The notes beneath the pieces are model-generated. The model did no database searches and was not told the origin of the DNA. It saw only the letters and a program-made list of their open reading frames with translations. A program made the translations under genes and the position numbers. A DNA stretch of 64,000 nucleotides from Clostridia bacterium (GTDB lineage: Bacteria; Bacillota; Clostridia; UMGS1840): NCBI GenBank assembly GCA_017468465.1, contig JAFUIN010000014.1:3618-67617 (forward strand). Reading direction: 5' to 3'. This document shows, one piece after another, positions 50,303 through 59,545 of the stretch. Position 1 is the first letter of the stretch. Each line of letters begins with the position of its first letter.

Positions 50303-51727
50303 ATGAAAAGAACTGTGGAAGACATTTTGCAAATGATTGAGGAAAATGGCATCAAAATGGTAGACTTCAAAATGGTAGACATTAACGGACAGTTCCGCCA
50401 TGTCACCATTCCGGCGAAGAACTTTTCTGAAAAAACCATGAAAAATGGAATCGGATTTGATGCCTCCAATTACGGCTATGCTGTAGTGGAAAAAAGCGAT
50501 ATGGTTTTTATTCCGGACCCGGATACTGCACTGCTTGACCCGTTTTGCGAAATCCCGACTCTTTCTATGACCGGAAATGCGATGATTATTGATACTCCAA
50601 AAAACAGACCCCTTGCCCAGTATCCCAGAAATATTGTTAAAGCGGCAGAACAATACTTAAAAGACAGCGGCATTGCAGATACGATGCTGATTTTGCCGGA
50701 GTTTGAATTTTATCTGTTCAATCAGGCAGGATGGGAGGTCAGCCCCAATTCTGTTGGCGTTTCTCTGGATGCGCCTCAGGCACATTGGAACAGCTATTCT
50801 GAAGGACTTGGAAATGTGGTTTCCAAACAGAAAAATTATCACATTGCAAAACCCTTTGATACTTCTTATGAAGCCAGAAGCGAAATGTGTCTTCTGATGG
50901 ATGAGGCGGGAATTAACTTGAATTATCATCATCCGGAAGTAGGGGCAGGCGGACAGTTTGAGATTGAACCTGAACTGGGAGAAATGTCCAAAATGGCAGA
51001 CGCCACTATGATGATTAAATACATCATTCATAATACTGCCCAGAAATATGGACTGTCTGCAACCTTTATGCCAAAACCCATTATGGGAGAAGCAGGGAAC
51101 GGGATGCACGTGCATATGCTTCTCTTAAAAGATGGCGAACCGGTATTTTCTGATGATAACGGCTATTCCCATTTAAGCAAAGAAGCTCATTGGTTTATGG
51201 GTGGATTGTTGAAGCACATTGCATCCTTGTGTGCGATTACCAATCCCAGCACCAACTCCTTCAAACGTTTGGTGCCCGGGTTCGAAGCACCGGTTACAGT
51301 TGGTTATGCAACCTCTAATCGCAGTGCTGTTATTCGTATTCCGGCTTATGCGAAAGAACCAAAACTTCGCCGTTTTGAACTGCGTAATCCGGATGCCACC
51401 TGTAATCCGTATTTCTGCTACGCGGCTATTCTGATGGCAGGGATTGACGGTATCAAAAATCAGATTGATCCTCACGAAAACGGTTGGGGTCCTTATGATA
51501 TGAACTTGTTCCATTTGCCGGAAGAAGAAAAAGCAAAATTAAAGCATTTGCCCACTTCACTGGACGAAGCTTTGGATGCTTTGGAAAAAGACCATGACTA
51601 TTTAACTGCAGGCAGCGTGTTCCCGGAAGAATTGCTGAAAAACTTTATCAAATCCAAACGGGAAGAAGTGAGAGAATTATCTAAAATTCCCCATCCGGCA
51701 GAATTTGAAAAATATTACAATTTATAA
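50303..51727 (+). CDS. glnA: Glutamine synthetase, type I
   Basis: Motifs HHPEVGAGGQFEI, KPIMGEAGNGMHVH, NSFKRLVPGFEAPV, SNRSAVIRIP. Confidence 0.93.
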   Translation: MKRTVEDILQMIEENGIKMVDFKMVDINGQFRHVTIPAKNFSEKTMKNGIGFDASNYGYAVVEKSDMVFIPDPDTALLDPFCEIPTLSMTGNAMIIDTPKNRPLAQYPRNIVKAAEQYLKDSGIADTMLILPEFEFYLFNQAGWEVSPNSVGVSLDAPQAHWNSYSEGLGNVVSKQKNYHIAKPFDTSYEARSEMCLLMDEAGINLNYHHPEVGAGGQFEIEPELGEMSKMADATMMIKYIIHNTAQKYGLSATFMPKPIMGEAGNGMHVHMLLLKDGEPVFSDDNGYSHLSKEAHWFMGGLLKHIASLCAITNPSTNSFKRLVPGFEAPVTVGYATSNRSAVIRIPAYAKEPKLRRFELRNPDATCNPYFCYAAILMAGIDGIKNQIDPHENGWGPYDMNLFHLPEEEKAKLKHLPTSLDEALDALEKDHDYLTAGSVFPEELLKNFIKSKREEVRELSKIPHPAEFEKYYNL

Positions 51728-51731
51728 ATCA

Positions 51732-51767
51732 AAAAAGGAATCCGGCTCTGCTTGGATTCCTTTTTTT
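51732..51767 (+). terminator. Intrinsic terminator after glnA
   Basis: AAAAAGGAATCC, loop, GGATTCCTTTTTTT. Confidence 0.75.
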
Positions 51768-51831
51768 AAGAGAAATGGAACATTTTTCCGGCTAAAATTG
51801 TCAAATTACCGAAAAGGAGAGGTGTTCTACA

Positions 51832-52401
51832 ATGAAAAAGAAAGTTTCTGTTGTTCTGTTCCTGATTCTGTTTGCTACAGTCATATTAGGGCTAATGTAT
51901 GGGGTAGACATGTATCGGATGAACCATAATCAGCCGGTTGTTTTTTCTACCTGGGGGTACGATTATGCCCCGCCTGTCGAACCGGAAGAACCATCCGAAC
52001 ATATACCGTATCTGCCGGAACCGCCTGTTTTGAAACTGACCGATCAGGAGGGGAATGTAAAAGCAGAGTGTTTGATCAGTACAAATGATTGGAGTGATGG
52101 TGAAAAAACTTTAATTTCTGATTATGCAGTTCACCATAACAGAGAATTTGGGGAAGAGAATATTTTGAAATGTGCCGGAAACTTAGCGGAAGAAAGTTTT
52201 TATTTTGATCCTTCGTACGGTGAAATTACGCGCGCAAGATTGTTTCGTTTTGGTTTTAATGACCCGTTAAAAGTAAGGGTTTCTTTTACTGCAGATTCTA
52301 TTATGGTGCCCACTCCTGAAAACGAAGACTATATTTTGGAAATTACTATGGAATATCCACAAGGCACTGTAAACTATTGCGTCAAAGTTGTAAAAGAATA
52401 G
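51832..52401 (+). CDS. Small N-terminally anchored/exported protein, function unknown
   Basis: Signal-anchor helix (VSVVLFLILFATVILGL). RBS AAAGGAGAGG. Has its own terminator. I recognise no family. Confidence 0.55.
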   Translation: MKKKVSVVLFLILFATVILGLMYGVDMYRMNHNQPVVFSTWGYDYAPPVEPEEPSEHIPYLPEPPVLKLTDQEGNVKAECLISTNDWSDGEKTLISDYAVHHNREFGEENILKCAGNLAEESFYFDPSYGEITRARLFRFGFNDPLKVRVSFTADSIMVPTPENEDYILEITMEYPQGTVNYCVKVVKE

Positions 52402-52420
52402 TCGGCTGTGGTTCGTTCAA

Positions 52421-52462
52421 AGAATGGAAACAACCTGTTACAGGTTTTCCATTCTTTTTTTA
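52421..52462 (+). terminator. Intrinsic terminator
   Basis: AAGAATGGAAACAACCTG-TTA-CAGGTTTTCCATTCTT followed by a T-run. Confidence 0.7.
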
Positions 52463-52463
52463 T

Positions 52464-52492
52464 TGACAGAAAGTTGATTTTTTAGTATAATG
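52464..52492 (+). promoter_or_regulatory. Consensus sigma-A promoter for the GTPase-NYN fusion gene
   Basis: TTGACA, 17 nt, TATAAT, immediately after the preceding terminator and about 32 nt upstream of the ATG at 52525. Confidence 0.65.
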
Positions 52493-52524
52493 ATGAAAAA
52501 TAAAACAGATTGGAAAAAATTTTG

Positions 52525-55101
52525 ATGCAAAGATTGGTTTTTGGCATTTTGGCTCATGTGGATTCAGGAAAGACAACCCTGTCCGAAGGCTTATTATATC
52601 ATGCCGGTCAAATCCGGAAATTAGGGCGTGTCGATCATCAAGACGCCTTTTTGGATACCCATTCTATCGAGCGGGAACGAGGCATTACGATTTTTTCCAA
52701 GCAGGCAATCTTGAAATATGAGGATACTGTCATCGCTTTATTGGATACCCCCGGGCATGTGGACTTTTCTACAGAAATGGAGCGAACTCTTAGCGTGCTG
52801 GATTATGCAATTTTAGTGATTAGCGGTACAGACGGCGTGCAAAGCCACACGGTGACATTATGGAAGCTTTTGCACCAATATCAGATTCCCACCTTTATTT
52901 TTGTGAATAAAATGGATTTAGATGGCGCTGATGAAGACATTATTCTCACACAATTAAAAGAAAAACTCAGTCCTTCCTGTATTGATTTTTCGACAAAATT
53001 TGACGAAGAAGAGCTTTCGCTTTGCAGTGAAGAAATGATGGAGGAATATTTAGAGAACGGTTGTATTGGACAACCATCAATTTCCAATGCTGTAAAAGAA
53101 CGAAAGCTGTTTCCGTGCTATTTCGGTTCTGCGTTGAAAAACTACGGTATCAACGAGTTGGCAGCGGGGATTCTGCGCTATGCGACAGAGCCGTCTTATG
53201 GCGATAATTTTGGTGCAAAAGCATTCAAAATTGCAGAAGACGAGCAGGGAAACCGCTTAACCTATCTGAAAGTTACCGGCGGAAAATTAAAAGTGAAATC
53301 TGTCTTGACAAAAATTCATAATGGGGAACAAATCTGGAGTGAAAAAATCAATCAGATTCGTATTTATTCAGGCGCAAGTTATGAAATGTCAGACGAGGTT
53401 CCGGCTGGGACAGTATGTGCGGTAACAGGGCTCACCAATTCCCGTGTAGGAGACGGATTTGGTTTTGAACCAAGCGGCGGCGATTTGTTTACCGAGCCGG
53501 TGCTGAATTATCGTGTGCAGCTGTGCGACGGAACAGACGTATCGGTAGCACTGGGAAAACTTCGCCAACTGGAGGCAGAGGACCCATGCCTTCATTTATA
53601 TTGGAATGAGCAGCTGAAAGAAATTCATGTTCAACTAATGGGAGAGGTACAGTTGGAGGTATTAAAACGGCTTGCGAAAGAACGGTTTGGTATGGAAATT
53701 GCGCTCAGTCACGGAAGTATCGCTTACAAAGAAACCATCCTGGAAGCTGTCGAGGGTGTTGGACACTACGAGCCGCTACGTCATTATGCCGAAGTGCATT
53801 TGCTGATGGAGCCGTTACCCCAAGGAAGCGGGTTGGTATTTGCAACTGCTTGCAGCGAGGATAAGCTGGATAAAAACTGGCAACGGCTAATTTTAACACA
53901 TTTGTCGGAGAAAACACATCTGGGTGTTCTGACAGGTTCTCCGATTACCGATATGAAAATTACATTAATGGCTGGGAAAGCACATCTGAAGCATACCGAA
54001 GGTGGCGATTTCCGTCAGGCAACCTACCGGGCAGTCCGCCAGGGTTTAATGTGTGCAAAAAGTCAATTATTGGAACCCTGGTATGAATTTGAATTAGAGC
54101 TTCCGGTGGATTCGGTAGGTCGTGCTATGACCGATATCGGACAAATGGGAGGCACCTTTGAACAAAGCGGCTTGCAGTGTGGAAATACCTTGCTGACAGG
54201 CAGTGCACCGGTGTCTAAAATGAGAGACTATCACTTAGAAGTGGTTCGCTATACTCACGGAACCGGACGGTTAAACTGTCGGATAAAGGGGTATGCTCCT
54301 TGTGCAGAAGCCGATAGCGTAGTATCTGCCATTGGTTACAATCCGGAGCAGGATTTGGAGAATTCGCCGGATTCTGTTTTTTGCTCTCACGGTGCAGGGT
54401 TTACAGTCAAGTGGAATCAGGTTTCTCAGTATATGCATTTAGATAGCAGTATTTCTGTAGAAGAAGCACCAAAAGAACCGGTGCAAAGAGCAAGACAGTA
54501 TTTGGAGCGTGTGTATGACGATGAAGAACTGTTAGCAGTTTTTGAGCGAACCTACGGCCCCATTCGCCGTCGGGAATATGAGGCATTTCGTCCCCGTGTA
54601 AAAAAGGTGGAGACAACTGCGAAAGCCAGACCCGTAAAGCCTGTTCCGGAAGGTCCTGAATATTTATTGGTAGACGGCTATAACATTATTTTTGCATGGG
54701 AAGACTTGAAAAAACTGGCATCGGAAAGTTTGGAAATTGCCAGAGAGCATTTGATTGACCGGTTGTGTAATTATCGGGGTTTTTGTCAGTGTGAGCTGAT
54801 TTTGGTGTTTGACGCTTATAAGGTGAAGAATAATCCCGGCGAAGTAGAGAAAATTCATAATATCAGCGTAGTTTATACCAAAGAAGCAGAAACTGCCGAT
54901 ATGTATATCGAAAAGGTAACCAAACAGCTTGGGAAACACCACAGAGTTCGTGTTGCCACATCGGATAATTTAGAACAGCTCATTATATTGGGGCATGGTG
55001 CCTTGCGGATTTCTGCAGAAACCTTCCTGAAAGAGGTGAAGGAAGCAGAAGATGCCATTCGGACCTTGCTTGAAAACACACAAAAAGGAGATAGCGTATG
55101 A
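52525..55101 (+). CDS. Translational GTPase (EF-G/TetM-like, five-domain) fused to a C-terminal Rae1/YacP-type NYN ribonuclease domain
   Basis: G1 AHVDSGKT, G3 DTPGH, G4 NKMD, and colinear EF-G/TetM-like domains II-V to about aa 640. A basic linker follows. The last 147 aa (54658-55098) carry YacP blocks LLVDGYN, VFDA, KEAETAD, VATSD, GHGALR. The start could also be TTG 52510. Confidence 0.85.
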   Translation: MQRLVFGILAHVDSGKTTLSEGLLYHAGQIRKLGRVDHQDAFLDTHSIERERGITIFSKQAILKYEDTVIALLDTPGHVDFSTEMERTLSVLDYAILVISGTDGVQSHTVTLWKLLHQYQIPTFIFVNKMDLDGADEDIILTQLKEKLSPSCIDFSTKFDEEELSLCSEEMMEEYLENGCIGQPSISNAVKERKLFPCYFGSALKNYGINELAAGILRYATEPSYGDNFGAKAFKIAEDEQGNRLTYLKVTGGKLKVKSVLTKIHNGEQIWSEKINQIRIYSGASYEMSDEVPAGTVCAVTGLTNSRVGDGFGFEPSGGDLFTEPVLNYRVQLCDGTDVSVALGKLRQLEAEDPCLHLYWNEQLKEIHVQLMGEVQLEVLKRLAKERFGMEIALSHGSIAYKETILEAVEGVGHYEPLRHYAEVHLLMEPLPQGSGLVFATACSEDKLDKNWQRLILTHLSEKTHLGVLTGSPITDMKITLMAGKAHLKHTEGGDFRQATYRAVRQGLMCAKSQLLEPWYEFELELPVDSVGRAMTDIGQMGGTFEQSGLQCGNTLLTGSAPVSKMRDYHLEVVRYTHGTGRLNCRIKGYAPCAEADSVVSAIGYNPEQDLENSPDSVFCSHGAGFTVKWNQVSQYMHLDSSISVEEAPKEPVQRARQYLERVYDDEELLAVFERTYGPIRRREYEAFRPRVKKVETTAKARPVKPVPEGPEYLLVDGYNIIFAWEDLKKLASESLEIAREHLIDRLCNYRGFCQCELILVFDAYKVKNNPGEVEKIHNISVVYTKEAETADMYIEKVTKQLGKHHRVRVATSDNLEQLIILGHGALRISAETFLKEVKEAEDAIRTLLENTQKGDSV

Positions 55102-55727
55102 TTTCTCAAATTTCAGTGAATGAACATTCCAGCATTCGCATTGGCGGCGAACAGGTAATTTATTTTGACCCTTTCCGCATCAAAGAAGCTGCGTTTGACG
55201 CAGATATTATTTTTATTACACACGCTCATTATGATCATTTTTCTCCTGAAGATATTGTAAAAATAAAAAAAGACAGTACCGTATTTGTGATGCCAAAAAG
55301 TATGCAAGGAGAAGAAAACAAACTTGCTCTTTCGAATGATAAAGTAATTTTTATGTCCCCCGGCGAAACGGTGCTTGTTGGCAATTATTCGGTGACGGCA
55401 GTACCATCTTATAACACCAATAAACCCATGCATCCAAAATCAAACGGGTGGCTTGGCTATGTGGTGGAGATTTCGGGCAAAAAAATCTTTGTGGCAGGAG
55501 ATACCGATATCACCGAGGAAGCAAAAAATGTAATTTGCCACATTGCGATGGTTCCCATTGGCGGCACATATACAATGGATGCTAAAGAGGCGGCGGAATT
55601 GATCAATGGAATGAAGCCGGACGTTGTGATACCTACTCATTATGGTACATTAGTAGGGAAACCGGAGGATGCCAATGTGTTTGAATCCCTTGTGCATTCC
55701 ACCATTCAAGTGTGCCGGAAACTGTAA
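55098..55727 (+). CDS. MBL-fold metallo-hydrolase (COG2220-like, 209 aa)
   Basis: ITHAHYDHF (HxHxDH) motif, VAGDTD, PTHYGT. ATGA overlap with the upstream fusion gene. RBS AAAGGAG lies 7 nt upstream. Confidence 0.8.
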   Translation: MISQISVNEHSSIRIGGEQVIYFDPFRIKEAAFDADIIFITHAHYDHFSPEDIVKIKKDSTVFVMPKSMQGEENKLALSNDKVIFMSPGETVLVGNYSVTAVPSYNTNKPMHPKSNGWLGYVVEISGKKIFVAGDTDITEEAKNVICHIAMVPIGGTYTMDAKEAAELINGMKPDVVIPTHYGTLVGKPEDANVFESLVHSTIQVCRKL

Positions 55728-55781
55728 AAAATGGAATAGAAATCCCACCCCTTTGATATATTGTAATATGAAACAAAGGAA

Positions 55782-56489
55782 ATGGTGGGATTTTTTATGT
55801 TTATGGTGTTTCGTCGTAGGGTGCTGATTATGGTGCTGGCTGGTGTGACGGTCAGTGCAATGTTGTTTGGTTCTTTTTTAAGATTCTCAACACAAAGTGT
55901 GGAACTTAATTCCAAATTGATTGTTGTGGATGCCGGACATGGAGGAATGGATGGGGGAGGAGTAGGGGTTTCTCAAGTTTTGGAAAAAGACTTGAACCTG
56001 TCAGTTGCCAAGAAATTGGAAAGTGCGTTAAAAGAGAACGGATATCAGGTTATAATGACAAGAACAGAAGACGTTTCCCTGCACGATGATGACAAAACCA
56101 CGGTACGCCAACAAAAAAATTCTGATTTGAAGAATCGGGCAGAACTGGCAAATCGGCAGAATGCTGGGCTTTTTATTAGCATTCATATGAATAAATTTGA
56201 AAGTTCTGACGTTAAAGGTGCACAAGTATTTTATAAATCCACCGACACATTGGGAGCCGAATATGCAAAAAATATTATGACTGAACTGAAAAAACTGGAT
56301 AAGCAGAATCATCGAGTAGAGAAACCTTTGCCCAATCCGAACTTAACCTTCAAAAAGCTAAATGTTCCGGGCGTTTTGGTAGAATGTGGTTTTCTCTCAA
56401 ATCAGGAAGAAGAGAAAAAATTGCAGGATGATTCTTATCAAACTGCCTTGGTCAAAGCAATCGTGGCAGGTATGCAAAGCGTAAAATAA
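55782..56489 (+). CDS. cwlD: N-acetylmuramoyl-L-alanine amidase, germination-specific CwlD type
   Basis: N-terminal anchor, VVDAGHGGMDGG, ISIHMNKF, ECGFLSN. The start is ambiguous (55782, 55797 or 55803, all in frame). Confidence 0.85.
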   Translation: MVGFFMFMVFRRRVLIMVLAGVTVSAMLFGSFLRFSTQSVELNSKLIVVDAGHGGMDGGGVGVSQVLEKDLNLSVAKKLESALKENGYQVIMTRTEDVSLHDDDKTTVRQQKNSDLKNRAELANRQNAGLFISIHMNKFESSDVKGAQVFYKSTDTLGAEYAKNIMTELKKLDKQNHRVEKPLPNPNLTFKKLNVPGVLVECGFLSNQEEEKKLQDDSYQTALVKAIVAGMQSVK

Positions 56490-56517
56490 GTTTTTGTGAA
56501 AAAATTGTCGTAAAAAA

Positions 56518-56546
56518 TTGACAATTCAGGATGGGTGTGCTATAAT
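56518..56546 (+). promoter_or_regulatory. Consensus sigma-A promoter for the MATE transporter
   Basis: TTGACA, 17 nt, TATAAT. It lies about 45 nt upstream of the ATG at 56590. Confidence 0.6.
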
Positions 56547-56589
56547 TTCTTCTTGTTGTGATATGATAAACAAGGAGGCAAAGCACATC

Positions 56590-57969
56590 ATGGCAGAAAC
56601 TTTAACAGAGCATAATCGTGCCGAGAATAAAATGGGGATTATGCCGATTCCGAAGTTGTTGATCAGCATGTCCTTACCCATCATCATTTCGATGCTGGTA
56701 CAGGCGCTTTATAATATTGTAGACAGTATTTTTGTGTCGCAAATTGATGAATATAACAAAGCATTCACTGCAGTAAGTCTTGCTTTTCCGGTGCAAAATC
56801 TGATGATTGCCGTAGGGGCAGGAACTGGTGTTGGTATCAATGCACTGCTGTCCAAAAGTCTGGGTGAAAAAAACTACGAAAAAGCGAGCCTGGTTGGAAA
56901 TACCGGGATAGTTCTTGGTTTTTTCAGCTTTCTGGCTTTCTTTATCTTTGGTATTTTCGGTGTAAATGCGTATGCCAATTTTCAAACCAAAGACACAGAA
57001 ATTGTAAAGTATTGCATTGAGTATATGAATGTAATCTGCATTGGTTCTTTGGGAATTTTTATGCAAATTACGATGGAACGGCTGCTTCAGGCTACCGGAA
57101 AATCTTTTCTTTCCATGATCGTACAGTTGTCCGGTGCTCTGTTTAATCTGATTTTTGACCCCATTTTAATTTTTGGTTACTTTGGATTCCCCAAAATGGG
57201 CGTTGCCGGTGCAGCATTGGCAACGGTGCTTGGGCAATTTGTTTCTATGGGACTTGGTATTTTTATGAATATTCGCTTTAACAAGGAAATCCGGATTTCT
57301 CTTATCAAGTACCGTCCGAACAGAAAAATTGTGGGAGCAATTTATGCCATTGCAGTTCCTTCCATTTTACTGATGTCCATTGGATCTGTGATGAATTTAT
57401 GTATGAATAAAATTCTGATTCAGTATTCCTCGGCTGCAGTTGCAGTATTTGGTGTATATTTTAAGCTGCAGAGCTTTCTCATTATGCCTGTTTCCGGCTT
57501 GAATAACGGCATGGTTCCGATTATTGCATTCAACTACGGTGCAAAGAATAAGCCCAGAATTGCCGCAACCATTCGTTTGAGCTGCTATATTGCCTGTGCA
57601 ATTATGGTGCTGGGATTAGCTGTGTTTCATTTGTTCCCCGGAGCATTGCTCAGAATGTTTAACGCGTCAGCAGATATGTATGTGCTGGGCCTTTCTGCGC
57701 TTCGTATCATCAGTCTGCATTATTTGTTTGCTGGCGTATGTATCATTTTTCTTTCCGTATTTCAAGCGGTTGGAAGCAGTATTTACAGCCTGATCGTTTC
57801 TATGGCACGACAGCTTGTGGTGCTGGTGCCGTCTGCATGGTTATTATCTTACTTTTTTGGCTTGGATGCTGTATGGTGGTCGTTTCCGCTGGCAGAGATT
57901 GTTTCGCTTTTATTGTCTGTGATTTTTATGAGACATATCTGGAATCAAAAAATAAAGCCCTTGGCTTAA
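56590..57969 (+). CDS. MATE-family multidrug/efflux transporter
   Basis: 459 aa with 12 TM helices. N-terminal PIPKLLISMSLPIIISMLVQALYNIVDSIFV is typical of MATE. The ATG follows AAGGAGG. Confidence 0.88.
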   Translation: MAETLTEHNRAENKMGIMPIPKLLISMSLPIIISMLVQALYNIVDSIFVSQIDEYNKAFTAVSLAFPVQNLMIAVGAGTGVGINALLSKSLGEKNYEKASLVGNTGIVLGFFSFLAFFIFGIFGVNAYANFQTKDTEIVKYCIEYMNVICIGSLGIFMQITMERLLQATGKSFLSMIVQLSGALFNLIFDPILIFGYFGFPKMGVAGAALATVLGQFVSMGLGIFMNIRFNKEIRISLIKYRPNRKIVGAIYAIAVPSILLMSIGSVMNLCMNKILIQYSSAAVAVFGVYFKLQSFLIMPVSGLNNGMVPIIAFNYGAKNKPRIAATIRLSCYIACAIMVLGLAVFHLFPGALLRMFNASADMYVLGLSALRIISLHYLFAGVCIIFLSVFQAVGSSIYSLIVSMARQLVVLVPSAWLLSYFFGLDAVWWSFPLAEIVSLLLSVIFMRHIWNQKIKPLA

Positions 57970-57973
57970 CTTC

Positions 57974-58008
57974 AAAAACGGAATTTCTATGAGGAATTCC
58001 GTTTTTTT
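57974..58008 (+). terminator. Intrinsic terminator after the MATE gene
   Basis: AAAAACGGAATT, 9-nt loop, AATTCCGTTTTTTT. Confidence 0.75.
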
Positions 58009-58064
58009 GCGATAATGAGCAAGCATTCCGGCATAAAATGTAAAAAACGACAGGAGGAGATGTT

Positions 58065-58301
58065 ATGTTGGAACGTGTGTTAGACCTTCAAAAAAAAGAG
58101 GTCATCAATCTTTCAAACGGCAGACGGTTAGGATTTGTGTATGATGTTGAAGTGGACTTGGAAACAGGCAGGGTAGGGGCGTTAATTGTACCCGGGCAGA
58201 ATCGTTTTTTTCGTTTGTTCTGGAAATATGAGGAACATATTATTTCTTTTTCGCAAATTAAAAAAATTGGGGATGATATCATTCTGGTGGAAATGGAATG
58301 A
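58065..58301 (+). CDS. ylmC: YlmC/YmxH-family sporulation protein (PRC-barrel)
   Basis: 78 aa. LDLQKKEVINLSNGRRLGFVYDVEVDLETGRVGALIVPG matches the family signature. Confidence 0.85.
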   Translation: MLERVLDLQKKEVINLSNGRRLGFVYDVEVDLETGRVGALIVPGQNRFFRLFWKYEEHIISFSQIKKIGDDIILVEME

Positions 58302-58396
58302 AGAGCTAAACAACCGATTGATGTGTTTTTTTGAAAATTGTACTATTTGATGTAAAATATCATAGAAAAATTGTTATTTATGCCTTGAAAAATTAC

Positions 58397-58425
58397 TTGA
58401 CATTTTATATAGAGTATGCTATTAT
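58397..58425 (+). promoter_or_regulatory. Putative sigma-A promoter for the tandem SLH genes
   Basis: TTGACA, 17 nt, TATTAT. It lies about 60 nt upstream of the ATG at 58484. Confidence 0.45.
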
Positions 58426-58483
58426 TATAAAGAGAAAATTTATGTATTTTGTACTTATGTTGATGAACCCTCAGGAGTAGAAA

Positions 58484-59518
58484 ATGAGATTGCTGAAAAA
58501 AAGCATACCCGCGCTTTTGTTGGTGTTTTCTCTTTTGACCACCACCGCATTTGCAATTACCAATGCAGATACAATGCGCGTTTTCAAAAAAGTATATCAG
58601 GATCCTACGTTCTTGCCGCAGCTTTACGATGCTGTTCCGTTGTATCATGAGCTTTCGGTAACAGAAGCGTCGGTAAACGAAAAATTTAAGGATTCTATCC
58701 GCACCGTACTCACCGTTGCAGAGGCTGAAAAAGCAGAAGGCTTGTTAACCGAAGAAAACCTGAAAGCCCGATTGAAAAATATTACGATTGATACGGCAGC
58801 ATCCATGGAGGCAGTTTATATTGCACTTTGCACAGATGCTTTTTCGGAAGAAACGGTTGCTTCTTTGCTGGATGGTAACATTCCTCAAGAATTTGAGCCG
58901 TTGTATCTTGCCATTGCAAGCGAAGCGTATGTTATTTTAGGCTTTGGTAAAAAAGGAGAGCCAACACACGTTTTTGATGATTTAGGGAATCATCTATGGG
59001 CGGAAAAAGCTATCGCATATCTGTTTGATAAAGATATTCTTAATGGAGTCAGCGATTTTGCCTTTATGCCGGCTGCAAATGTTACCCGTGAACAGTTTGC
59101 AAAAATGATGTGTGTTGCATTCCAGATTGAAGCATCGGCTGAAAAGCCATCTTTTACGGATGTTTGGAAAGAAGATTGGTTTTATCCTTACGTTACCGCC
59201 ATGGCAAGCCGTAATTTGATTTTAGGAATTGGCGACAGAATGTTCGGCACCGGACAAAACATTACCCGTCAGGACATGGCGGTTCTGATGTTTAGAATCG
59301 GAGAAATGCTTGGTGTAATGGATAGAAGCAGCTCCAAAACTTCCGGCTTTGAGGATGACCGATATATTGCATCTTATGCAAAAACGGCTGTCATCACAAT
59401 GAAAGAGTTGGGTATTATTAACGGCAATGAGCTGAATTGCTTTAATCCCACCATGTCTGCAACCAGAGCAGAAGCTGCGCAAATGTTGTACCGTTTTCAT
59501 CAATATGTTAATAAATAA
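58484..59518 (+). CDS. Secreted SLH-domain protein (344 aa)
   Basis: Signal peptide ending TTAFA. An N-terminal helical region of unknown type. Three C-terminal SLH repeats (HLWAEKAIAYLFDKDILNG, DWFYPYVTAMASRNLILG, YAKTAVITMKELGIING). Confidence 0.8.
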   Translation: MRLLKKSIPALLLVFSLLTTTAFAITNADTMRVFKKVYQDPTFLPQLYDAVPLYHELSVTEASVNEKFKDSIRTVLTVAEAEKAEGLLTEENLKARLKNITIDTAASMEAVYIALCTDAFSEETVASLLDGNIPQEFEPLYLAIASEAYVILGFGKKGEPTHVFDDLGNHLWAEKAIAYLFDKDILNGVSDFAFMPAANVTREQFAKMMCVAFQIEASAEKPSFTDVWKEDWFYPYVTAMASRNLILGIGDRMFGTGQNITRQDMAVLMFRIGEMLGVMDRSSSKTSGFEDDRYIASYAKTAVITMKELGIINGNELNCFNPTMSATRAEAAQMLYRFHQYVNK

Positions 59519-59545
59519 ATTTTATATAAAAAGGAGCAAAAAACT

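Noticed and set aside
52525-54450. The TetM/TetO-like GTPase portion could be called a tetracycline-resistance ribosomal protection gene.
   Set aside because: Similarity is at the family level (translational GTPase). The gene sits in a core chromosomal context with no mobile-element hallmarks, and it carries an extra NYN nuclease domain. A resistance call would be over-annotation without MIC data or phylogeny.
55741-55796. Composite hairpin (AATCCCACC...GGTGGGATT with inner CCTTTG/CAAAGG) between the MBL gene and cwlD. Possibly a terminator or attenuator.
   Set aside because: The right arm overlaps the candidate cwlD start codons and RBS, the loop is long (about 18 nt plus an internal loop), and the following T-run is part of the coding frame. 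This is not convincing enough to call. It may only modulate cwlD translation initiation.
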